From Atractiella rhizophila (Eukaryota): 64,000 bases of DNA. Each line of letters opens with the position of its first letter. Position 1 is the first letter of the stretch. The notes under the pieces were generated by a model. The model was not told the origin of the DNA, searched no databases, and was given only the letters and a program-made list of their open reading frames with translations. The stretch covers positions 1-64,000 of the forward strand of contig MU271236.1 in the NCBI GenBank assembly GCA_021432655.1. The letters are read 5' to 3'. Shown in pieces: positions 38,790 to 49,776 of the stretch. A program made the position numbers and the translations under genes.

Positions 38790-39900
38790 ATGTCCAACCA
38801 CGAAAGACCTTAATATCGACCACGCCACACCGTCACTCCCACTCCATCAACTTGGCCATTGACACCTGGCTGCCTCCATAAACAACGACAAATCCCTGTG
38901 CTCTATCCTTCGGCAGATCCATGAATATCCTCCTCCTCAAGAGTTCCGGCGCTCCATCCGCGTAGAAAGGTGCAAGAGCTGTGACGGCGGCTCAACAAGG
39001 ATTTGATGGTCATCTATTGATCCCTATAAGCATCAGGACTTTTGTTGATGAAACAAGGCGAGTAAGATACGAACCAAAGCGTTCAATCATGTCCACTACC
39101 CTTGCGTCTTCAACTACCACACTCCTTACGCCTCCTTTTGTGAGTAAGACCACGTCTTATGCATTCTTTCGAGACAGTCTTTGCGCCTAGCGAGCCGGCA
39201 ATGGAGGTTATTGCTTCCAATGACACGAGTTGTGGAGTCGGCGCACTGTGGTCCGCGTATTAGGCTAGGAGGAGGGGCGGAAAGAGGCGGCTTCGCTCGT
39301 TTCGACAGCAGCGACTGATACTGTTCCATTTTGTTGAACGTATCAGCTGTGAATCTCAATCTCATACAGAGGAGGATAAGGAATGGAAGCGCACCGTGAA
39401 CCCAGCCTACTTCTTCAAGTCCCTTAAGCATACCTCCAAGCAATCCACCACCTGTTCAATCTGGCTTGAAGCCCTCTTACCCATTGGTCTTTGATTTCCC
39501 GCACCAGACTCGCATTTCCCTCGTGGTTCAAAGGCGACACTTACGCCGCTCCCCTCTCTCCCTATCCGCCCTCCTTCAACCAGTCGTTTTTAGCGAGTTC
39601 GTTGCTCGCATCCTAACTGGCTACGTGTCGTTCAAGTCGACGGTCGTGATTGGAGTCCCACAAGTTGAAGACGGGAGGAGATGGACGATGGAGTAGGGAC
39701 GGGAACGAGGGTGGTTGATAGTCTGAGTGCACGGTTGGAGGCGCAGGCAAGAGGTGGATGTTTGGATGTTTGGATCCGTTGCGTTGGGAGCGGATGCAGT
39801 GGTCGATGCCGCAACGTCTCGCCGAGTTGCACGGAGGAAGTTTGAAGGGAGCGAAGCAAAGAACCGTGTTGAGTTGAGGGTGTTGAGGGTGGAGGGCATG
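38790..39900 (-). pseudogene. Degenerate L-serine dehydratase paralogue
   Basis: Colinear homology to 49777-51063 (e.g. LLGGMLKGLEEVGWVHG, PSSISSRLQLVG) with many frameshifts and stops. Confidence 0.85.
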
Positions 39901-39956
39901 ACTCAACACTGAGGCACCGATCTTTGTTCACGTTTAAATTTGACCTCGACGAAAGA

Positions 39957-41786
39957 TTGTCGACAGTGTTCCCACCGCTGCCTTTTCACTTGCAGTAACC
40001 TCGAGTTTCCTTCACGATTCCACCATCACTCGGCTCTGCTCCTCATCCAGCAATTCTTTCTTCAGGCAGTCTCCTATCAATCCAGGTACTTTCGATGTGA
40101 ACAAAGCAGCAGAAATGGTCCCAAGCGAATAGGAGGGATGGTACGACGGAATTCTCGCAAGGAGTGTTGTGGAATCCACGTTGAAAAATCTGAGTCAAGG
40201 GGGGTGGTGAAGGTGTGTTTCCTCTCTTGAGAAGAAACTGAGAGAAGTCGCACTTCATTGGACATCCCTGTAAACTTGAATGGTTTTGATGACATTTTGG
40301 GTCTATTTACCAATGGCAGAGCACCGTCTTGGACATACCCCTGCTGGCTATTAAATGGCTTAGACCAATATTCAACGCGGTGGCTTTGTCCCAACCCTGC
40401 AACGTCATTGGGCATGTAGGAATTGGCTTTCCCTGCTCCCGGAGATTCCCTTCACAACTTGTCACATAAATTTATCTGCAATCTTAATCTTCATTTTGAG
40501 AAATATCGGCTGAAATGCCGCCTAGCCAGATGCTCCTGCTTCACTGAAAGCATTCACGGACCGTTGTCGTTAATTTTCTCTCCCTCGCAAGCCACGAGGC
40601 AAACCCCTTCTCAGCTGGGAAATCGATGGCAAAGGAATCAGGGCAACGTCATCTTCACACTTCATCCCCAGCACCTCCAAAACGTTCACTGGCGGCTTGC
40701 CCCATGGCATGTCTCCGAAGAAAGCGCATGAAGTCGATCGCTTCATCGCACTTGCCCAAACGCTCCTGTCCAATGAACCACAGATTAAGAGCGCGATTGA
40801 TATTGGATCCGGACGAGCACATCTCTCTGTTGCTGTGACCGGAGAGCCACTGCTTCTTGATGTCTGTGCGATCGAGAGCAGCTCCTCTCAAGTCATTGGG
40901 GCAGAGAAGTTAGTTTCAAACCGACTGAAATATAAGAAAAAGGAGGAAGAGGAACATAAGAGAGGGATGTTGACGTTGAAAACGGAAGTGTTGGATGAGA
41001 ATGGCATGAGAAAAATTCTGCAGGAAGGACGTGCGGAGAAGGAGGAGGGAAGACTCGTTTGTGCTTTGCACGCCTGTGGAGATCTTACTGTCGACACGTT
41101 GCGTGCTTTCGTTAGCTCAGGAAGTGCGGAACGTTAAGATGTTGTTGATCGCGATTGGGTATTGCTACAATCTTACTTCCTCTTCCAGTGCGTGTCTTTC
41201 GGGTCAATCTGTTGTAGAATAGTCTCATATGTGTTGTTCAAGACTTCCCATTTCATCTATCCAACATTTCTCCTACTTTCACTCACAATCACCTTGTTCT
41301 CGCCACTCAATCTCCCATACTGTGGTCGTCTCAGCGTCATCCTGGGAAGCCGCCAAACTATCCATGCGCAAACTTGTCTATCGAGCACGTCTTCAAGTAG
41401 AGCTCGACGCATCTCGAGGTCCTTCTCCTTCTGAGAATAGGGTCGGTAGACTGGCGGACTCTCGTTTTCTTTCATACGAGACCTTTCGCTCAAAAGCGTT
41501 GAAGAAGATGCATCTCAACGAGAATGATGTTGCACGACTTGAACCTCAAGGAGAATGGGAAGGATTCGAGAAGACGTTCATGTTCTTTTGGACACTCAGA
41601 TGTCTTCTCGGACCAGTGCTGGAGAGCTATATTGTGTTGGAGAGATTCACTGGGCTTGCTTTGCTGTTGCAAGAGCGACTGGCTGCAGACGAGAATACGG
41701 GCAAGGAGCTTAGGCTGGAATTGTGGAATCTGTTTGATCAGGAGGCAGGCGGTAGTGCAAGAAACCTAGCTATCGTTGTACGTTGA
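39957..41786 (+). pseudogene. METTL25-like copy 2, disrupted
   Basis: Start ATG changed to TTG, exon 1 is frameshifted, and CAA>TAA gives an in-frame stop at ~41135. The rest is highly similar to 29406-31227. Confidence 0.85.
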
Positions 41787-41865
41787 AAGATTTCATTGAA
41801 AGAACACAAGACCCGCTAAATCTCGAATTTAGAAGAAGCATTGCACATCATTTCTCCGGGATTTC

Positions 41866-42243
41866 TTAACAAGTTCCGGTGCATTGGCAGGTAACGCAAG
41901 AGCAGCATCTACCGCAGCTCTGTAGAGATCGTTTTGGCGTCCGCGACTCAGATTATGAAAAATGCTTACCACGGAGCACGCTCCGCAACCTGTGGAGATA
42001 TTTCAGTCAACGTTGAGGCAGTCGAAGTTTGACTTACAAGCAGTGTCAATGGTCAAGTTTCCAGTGGCCCAATTAGTCCAAAACTTGGCTTGGCTATCAG
42101 TTTCGAATAGGTCGGTGGAAGCAGGAGCTTATCTCCTCTTGGGAAACCATGATAGGACCAGCACTACCAACTGCCGGGGCAGACGAAGCGCAGGATATCA
42201 AGGAGAATGCCATGACGCTGTAGAAAATTGCAGAGATTTGCAC
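41866..42243 (-). pseudogene. Cys-rich peptide gene copy 2 (start GTG, intron-1 donor GT>AT)
   Basis: Offset 10558 from copy 1. All 10 Cys codons are retained (CCGACSVSCGRCCSCVTCQCTGTC) with several synonymous differences. Confidence 0.75.
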
Positions 42244-44002
42244 TTTTTCTTTTGGACTGCTGAGTACCCTTTTGTGACCGGAAAAATGCTTGGTCCTGAA
42301 GCAGCCAGGATCGAGAGCTTTTATATTTCCTACATCTGCATGCGGTGCTCTCGCGGTTTCGCCAAACCTCAAGAACAAAGGAAACGGACCAGTAGCTCAA
42401 TAATGTTGAGACGGAAGGAGCGCTGGAGAACAATGGTTCCTTTGACCTTTGAGGGGTGTGTTCCTCGGATGATTGGTAGTTGGCATCCGTCTAGCGGTGT
42501 ACCCTGAGGCACTGTTGCAAAGAAAGCATCATACAATGCAAAAAAAAAACAAGCAAGGGATCAGATATTTTCCGTCACAGTGAAATAAGAACACAATGCA
42601 AGGGAACTTGCATTCACCGCCAAAAAATGACACAGAAGAACCAGCAACTTGCTGATTCCAAACGAGCACAGCAAAGCTTTATCGGCTTTTGCAATTCTGC
42701 CCTGGCTCAGTCACGTGACAGAGAGAGGTAGCCTCTTGAAAGTCACAGACCTCATCGCTTTCGCAGAGCAGTTCCCATTATTGTTCTAATCGCAGTCCTA
42801 AGTCCTTCGAATGACCATCGGCGGGTCGTCTCATACCTTCTGTCTTTGGTAAGAAAGGCGTTTCTCAAGTCTACCTATTGAACCTTCCTAAGCTCTGCCT
42901 AGCACAGGCCAAAGATGGCGTAGTATCGGGTAGCAGAGTTCAAATGTTTCAACGACGCTATTTCGGGGTCCGTATGAGCAAATCCTCTAGTTCTTCTGCT
43001 ATCCTAACCTCCGTATACCAACAGTTACGTTGAGCTTCTTAGCATCATACCCTCCTACCCACGTAACTGGCTTCTTAGGAAATACGCTTTCGCTCAGTTG
43101 CTGCACTAGATTCGTCGCTCTCGTCGCTTCAGCAGGAATCGACGTCCTCCTCGAGCATCCGCCACGAGGTCAGTTCCATTCCCCCTGAATCAGCCCCCTC
43201 TCAAAGTTCCAACGTTGCGCGTGGCTTAGCCCGAAATCAGCTTGCTACTCGCCTCTGCCGAGTCCCACTCCTTTCCCTTAAAGAACCGGCATTAGGAGGG
43301 AGGGATACCAGTTAGAGGTTATGTGCTCGAAGTTGGGGTGGAGAGGGCGATTGATAGGAGGGGTTGAAGGGAACTGAGCGGTGGAAAAGTTGTTTCAGTT
43401 GGCGGCTGCTTTGGAAAGGGAAAGTGCTACTTGATCAGAGATGCAGGTGCGTTCAACTCTTCTTAGGATGTGACAAAATTGTGCTGATTAACTCTCTGTC
43501 CCTCCAGGTATTAATTGGCCTTTGGATGTTTTCAATTACCAAAGGGTGATGAAGCGACAAACAATGGAAGTGGTCCATGGAAGTGGTCCAAATCTAGCCC
43601 TATCCTTGACGCTTACCGTCTCGACGACGCTCATCTCCTTTTGTCTCCAATATTTCTATCAACCCCTGGGGTCGACCAGCGCCTCACCTCATCTATGCCT
43701 CATGACATAAGTACTACTAACTCTCAATCCCATCGCCTGATGGAGTGAACACGGTGGGATCAGGAGTGCCAGCGATTGGAGAAGAGAGGAATCCGGAACT
43801 TATTAGGGAAAGAGCAGTGGCGGCGGGACGGATCTAGGGTTGGCTAACTGGAGTTCCTCATAGGCTCATAGGATTCGTCGTAGGCAGAAGAAGGCGGCGA
43901 CGCGAATCAAGAAGTAGGGTTCACGCGTTCACGCGTCACGCGTCTCAGTGAGTTAGGGTTAGTTGTGGGTGTGGAGACATGGAGACGAAAGAGTTGGAAA
44001 TT

Positions 44003-45027
44003 TATCGAGAAAGTCCAAGGCAGCTCAAGAAGTCCGTAAAATTAGAACAAGTTGTTTGGGATATTATAACATTGAGCGACGACAGCTTCTGGGCTGGAGA
44101 GAGCTGAAGTGTGATTTCGTAAATTCGTTCGCTTTCGGATGTGAGTATTTCCTCGTTTCGCCCCAGGAAAAGCACAGAAATCATAGTGATGTGGCTTTGC
44201 CGTTGTCTCGAAACTGCTCTTCAAAAGAGAGAGAAGAGGCACTCGCGATTTGGCTTTCTTGATTTCGTCTGCTTCCAAAGCGCACGTACGATGGCAGAGT
44301 TCCAAAAAGACTTAACAGGACTTAATTCATTCTACAAAGGGAAAGAGCTCCTATGTACAGTTTAGAGAGAGGTACTGTGCCAGTTTTGACGGCTCAAGGG
44401 AACGAACTGAGTAGCAAAGCACGCCGTTTGGCGAAGTTGCGACCAATCGCTCTCTCGAATTTTAACAAAGCTGGATTCATTTCTATTGTATCCAAGAAAC
44501 GCACAGAAGCAAGGATATCGAGAAAGTCCAAGGCAGCTCAAGAAGTCCGGAAAATTAGAACAAGTTGTTTGGGATATTATAACATTGAGCGGCGATAGCT
44601 TCTGGCCTGGAGAGAGCTGAAGTGTGATTTCGTAAATTCGTTCTCTTTCGGATGTGAGTATTTCCTCGTTTCGCCCCAGGAAAAGCACAGAAATCATAGC
44701 GATGTGGCTTTGCCGTTGTCTCGAAACTGCTCTTCAAAAGAGAGAGAAGAGGCACTCGCGATTTGGCTTTCTTGATTTCGTCTGCTTCCAAAGCGCACGT
44801 ACGATGGCAGAGTTCCAAAAAGACTTAACAGGACTTAATTCATTCTACAAAGGGAAAGAGCTCCTATGTACAGTTCGGAGAGAGGTACTGTACCAGCTTT
44901 GACGGCTCAAGGGAACGAACTGAGTAGCAAAGCACTGCGTTTGGCGAAGTTGCGACCAATCGCTCTCTCGAATTTTAACAAAGCTGGATTCATTTCCATT
45001 GTATCCAAGAAACGCACAGAAGCAAGG
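44003..45027. repeat. Direct tandem duplication, 2 x ~513 bp, immediately upstream of NLR copy 2
   Basis: 44003-44515 and 44516-45027 differ by only a few substitutions and indels. The homologous region upstream of NLR copy 1 is single. Confidence 0.95.
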
Positions 45028-45153
45028 CTAACAAAAGTGTGACTAGATTGTACCAGACTCAGGCAGCTCCTTCCTTTTCACCTTTAACCACGATACCAAT
45101 CGCTGTTCTTCCTCATTAATACTACAATCGAACAATCTGTTATTTTGCCCTAC

Positions 45154-48100
45154 ATGCCCTCGAATTCCGTCAAGGTGTTCAAAGTTCCTGAAGAGATCAA
45201 GAAAGCGAACCCACTCGGACTACGGATCCTTTCTATCGACAATGGAGGCGTCGGTACTTTCTCAGCAGCCTACATGCTCGAACGCATCATACATCAAGCC
45301 GCACATCTTCTCAAAGTCCCGGAAGACGAAGAGCTTCGGCCTTGCGATGTCTTCGATCTCATTTGTGGGACTTCTACTGGCGGTTGGATCGCACTTATGC
45401 TCGGGAGGCTCGGGATGACAGTACGTCAGTGCATTACAGCGTACGAAGAGATCGCGCGAGACGGCTTTCTGGAAGAGGATTCGGACCCCACTGGCGAGTA
45501 CTTGTTCTCGGCGAAGAAGCTCGAAGAGACTTTGATCTCCATCATCCAGCGACACACGCCCCCGCCTGAAGATGCTTCGGAGCCACTTCCTATGAAAGAC
45601 CCTTCTCCGCAGGATAGGTGCAGGACGTTCGTGCTCTCTAGCTATCAAGCCAGCGTTGTCGTCTCCACGGAGATGCGCACCTACGACATTCATCATGCTG
45701 GATCTACCTCTCAATCCGCGTCCCCATATTTCGTCTGGCAAGCCGCAAGGGCTACGTCTGCCTGTCCTCCTTTCTTCCCTCCCATGAACGAAGATTCCAC
45801 CGGCTATATTCAGCTTAGCGCCAACAACCCTACATCGGTAGCTGTCGACGAAGCCAAGCGGATTTGGGGACCCAGCAGTGAGATTGCCTGTCTTGTGTCT
45901 CTCGGCTCGGGAGTTGCACGGGCTGTCAATTTGAGCCACATTCGGGGTGACATCCAAGAAGCACTGAAGGCGATAGTCGCGAATTGCATGAACGTTTCGA
46001 AGTACGTGAAGGTGCAGATGCAGGACCGTGAGATGGGTCATTGTTATCATCGCTTCTCGGTTGATACATTTGGAGACTTCAAGTGGGAGGAATGGGAGCG
46101 AAAGGAGGACGTTGTGGGCTGCACGAGGGCTTACATGGAGGCAATGAATCATGAAGTGTCATCCGCGACGAGGTCGCTCGTGCAAAGTATTCTCTTTGTT
46201 GCGTGATTGATGGCAGCATGCTCACTTGCCCTTGGTTAGGCTGTAAACAACGCATTGCTGTGCCCAAAAAGCTTCCGTTGCCTCATACAGGAGATTGTTA
46301 TGGAAGAGATGACGAAGTTGCGACGGCAATCAAGTGCATCCTCACCGACAAGAAACATCTTGCGATCATCGGTGGCGCTGGCAATGGGAAGTCTACTGTG
46401 GCCCGACAAATCTTGCATGCGAAGGAAGTGAAGGATGCATTCACGACAATTGCGGATGGTGAGGAGGAAGACTTTCGGTTCTGGGCCCGATGCGATGCTT
46501 TCTCTACATTTTCATCACTTGCCACATATGTTTGCCGGCAGGTCTTTGCAATAGCCCCTCGACCAGGTGAAAGTGAACTTGGTGCTGTTGCTCGATATTT
46601 TCACCGTCACAAATGTCTCCTTATCTTGGACAATTTTGAAACCACCGCAGAGCGTGACACGGAGCACCTGCAGCCATTCTTTCAAGCTCTTCTTTCTGCA
46701 AACAATACACTGGGGTCCATTCTCATCGTGGCACATCGGGGGCATCGAATCTATCGAGTGAACGTCACAGATGTGGAATTTCGAGAGCTGACAATTAGAG
46801 GCTTATCTGACGCTGCCTGGCTGGACTTGTTCAAGCACCTGTACACGGGAAGAAAGATTTGTACGGAACAGGTGCTCAAGACCATCTTCGCTAAGCTGGA
46901 TCATCACACTTTGTCAATCAAGCTCTTTGTTCTTCGTGCCAACGCAGAGTCAACGAAACATATTTCAACTCTGTTAGAGGAGTGGGAGGCAAAGAAGACA
47001 AAGGTGCTATGGGACAAGGACAGCGAGGAGACTCCAACTCTTGCAACATCGATCTCTTTTTCACTTAGCTTACCTCTTCTCGAAATGCATCAGGACCTAA
47101 GCAGGTTTATACTTGCCGCTCTGTCCTGGACACCGGATGGGCTTTTAGACAATGACATTGTGGCACTTGCAGAAAAATCCAGTCTTCCTGATTCAGGGCA
47201 GTCCTACGAGGTCATCACCTCAATTTTCTCCGTCGGACTCGCTGAAACTGACGAAGACGGCCTGACAAACTCAACACGATTGCGGATGCTTGCGCCAATT
47301 CGTGAACATGTCAACTACTCTGTCTTACATTCCGATCCTAGTTTTAAAACCATTGTACCCTCCCTTGAGCCTGTTACTGAGCGTCTCATGCACAAAGCTC
47401 GGGACAATATCCAAGGATTTGAAGTTGGGGGCAAACGGATAGGGCTGTTGTGTTTCCGCAACGACCATCCAAATCTTGAATACGTGCTTCTGGCTGGTTT
47501 GGAGCATCTTCAAGACCCAACAACCATGGTTTATTTCATGGGAGAAATATGGTACTTTCAGTATCAGCAGCACCTTCTATCAATCGAATTACTGCATCGT
47601 GCTCTGTCCATCAAACAGTTTATGAGCTTACCAGCGAAATTGACTGCCAAATTGACTATGGCTATGGGATTCGCAGTCCGGCAGAAGCAGGCACCACAGC
47701 AGGCATTGAAACATTTGAAGGATGCGAAGGAGTTGTACCATGTGGTAGAAGATCGGCTTGGGCAAGCCTACTGCATTCAAAGCATTGGGGAGATTGAACA
47801 GCTTCAGGGTCAGACAGATGAAGCGCTGAGAAGTTTCAGAAAGGCAAAGGAGCTGTACCAGATGGTAGAAGATCGGCAGGGGAAAGCGCACTGTATTCGC
47901 CTCATGGGGGAGATCGAACAGCATCGGGGTCGGATGGACGAAGCGCTCAGAAGTTTCGAGGAAGCGAAGGAACTGTACCAAGTCGTAGAAGATCAACAGG
48001 GGAAAGCTCACTGCATTCGCAGCATGGGGAAGATCGAGCAACATCGAGGTCAGATGGAGGAAGCGCTAAGATGTTTCAAGGAGGCAAAGGAGCTGTACCA

Positions 48101-49667
48101 GGTTGTAGAAGATCAACAGGCGCAAGCCCACTGCATTCGCAGCATGGGGGAGATCGAACAGCGTGAGGGTCAGATGGAGGAAGCACTGAGACGTTTCGAG
48201 GAGGCAAAGGAGTTGTACGATGTGATAGAAGATCAGCTGGGGCAAGCCCACTGCATTCACAGCATGGGGGAGATTGAACAGCACCGGGGTCGGATGGAAG
48301 AAGCGCTGAGACTTTTCAAGGCGGCGAAGAAGCTGTACCAGGTGGTAGAATTTCAGCAGGGGCAAGCACACTGCATTCACAGCATGGGGGAGATTCAACA
48401 GTCGTGGTCGGATGGAGCAAGCGCTGGGATGTTTCCAGGAGGCGAAGGAGCTGTACCAGGAGGTAGAATATCAACAGGGGAAAGCCCACTGCATTCGTAG
48501 CATGGGGGTTATCGGTCGTGGTCGGATGGAGCAAGCGCTGGGATGTTTCCAGGAGGCGAAGGAGCTGTACCAGGAGGTAGAATATCAACAGGGGAAAGCC
48601 CACTGCATTCGTAGCATGGGGGTTATCGAGCAGCATCGAGGGCAGATGAAAAAAGCGGTGAGACTCTTCGAGGAGGCAATGGAGCTGTACCTGGCGGTAG
48701 AAGATCGGCAGGGGCAAGCACACTGTATTTACAGCATCGGGAAGATCAAGCAGCATCGCGGTCAGATGGGGGAAGCGCTGAGATGTTTCAAGGAGGCAAA
48801 GGAGCTGTACCAGGTGGTAGAAGATCAACAGGGGAAAGCCTACTGCATTCGCAGCATGGGGGAGATCGAACAATGTAAGGGTCAGATGGAGGAAGCGCTG
48901 AGATGTTTCAAGGAGGCAAAGGAGCTGTTCCAGGTGGTAGAAGATCAACAGGGGCAAGCCCACTGCATTCGCAGCGTGGGGGAGATCGAACAATGTCATG
49001 GTCGGATGGAGGAAGCACTGAGACGTTTTGAGGAGGCAAAGGAGCTGTACCAGGTGGTAGAAGATCAACAGGCGCAAGCCCACTGCATTCGCAGCATGGG
49101 GGAGGTCGAACAGCGTCGTGAGCGCAAGCCCACTGCATTCGCAGCATGGGGGAGGTCGAACAGCGTCGTGGTCACATGGAGGAAGCACTGAAATGTTTCG
49201 AGGAGGCAAAGGAGCTCTACCTGCTGGATCAAGACTTAGGATGTCAACTTATTTGTCTTTTCAATATAAGTGCGGTTTACACTGGAGACTCCCAGTCCAA
49301 AAGTATGTTCAAAGCAATCGCGGTACTTGAGGAAGCAGTCAATTTAAGCAAAGCAGCTGGCGGCTATTGCGAGGCTCGGAGCAGAGACAGGCTGGCTCAA
49401 CTCCTCTTCCAAGCATCCCAATACCCCGTCGCGCGAGAGGAAGTTGGTCGCGCCCGTCATCTTTACGCCGCCTGTTTTGCCACTTCCGATGTACATAATT
49501 GTGACAATCTGCTGCTGAAGATTGGGCAAGCGGAAACGAGGCGTCGGTGGAAATGGTTTTGGTACTGTCCCTTCCCTCAATGTCTTGTACATGCTGACAT
49601 CCTTGGCAGGATTGCAACATTGTGCATAGGAATGTTGTCTTTTATCATAAACAAATGGAGGACATAA
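45154..49667 (+). CDS. NLR-like protein: patatin - STAND NTPase - TPR - C-terminal hydrophobic tail (copy 2; frameshifts in the TPR array at ~48400 and ~49121)
   Basis: Same motifs as copy 1, with intron 46187-46239, ~12 TPR units and a terminal 48-nt intron (49562-49609). Confidence 0.9.
47710..49225 (+). repeat. TPR array, 120-nt units (~12 units plus partial duplications)
   Basis: A(H/Y)CI(R/H/Q/Y) recurs at ~120-nt spacing from ~47767 to ~49078, with internal 114-nt and 50-nt duplications. Confidence 0.95.
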
Positions 49668-49776
49668 TGATTCGTATTGACACGATGTATTGGTATTCGG
49701 AAGCTCAGATCGGATGCAGCGATACCATTAAACCAGATTTTGACGCGATCTGGCTTGGGGAAATGAAACGACGCCT

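Noticed and set aside
41962..42507. 181-aa plus-strand ORF (and 31527-31847)
   Set aside because: The frame is not conserved between the duplicated units, and splice signals and synonymous changes support the minus-strand Cys-peptide gene instead.
43950..43965. TTAGGGTTAG telomere-like sequence
   Set aside because: Fewer than two full units, which is expected by chance.
48316..49209. Long antisense ORFs over the TPR arrays (also 37525-38253) and over the patatin (45262-46152)
   Set aside because: They are explained by repeat periodicity and codon bias of the sense gene, with no independent motifs.
47710..49225. Regularly spaced repeats that could suggest a CRISPR-like array
   Set aside because: These are contiguous 120-nt coding units without unique spacers; they translate as TPRs in a eukaryotic gene.
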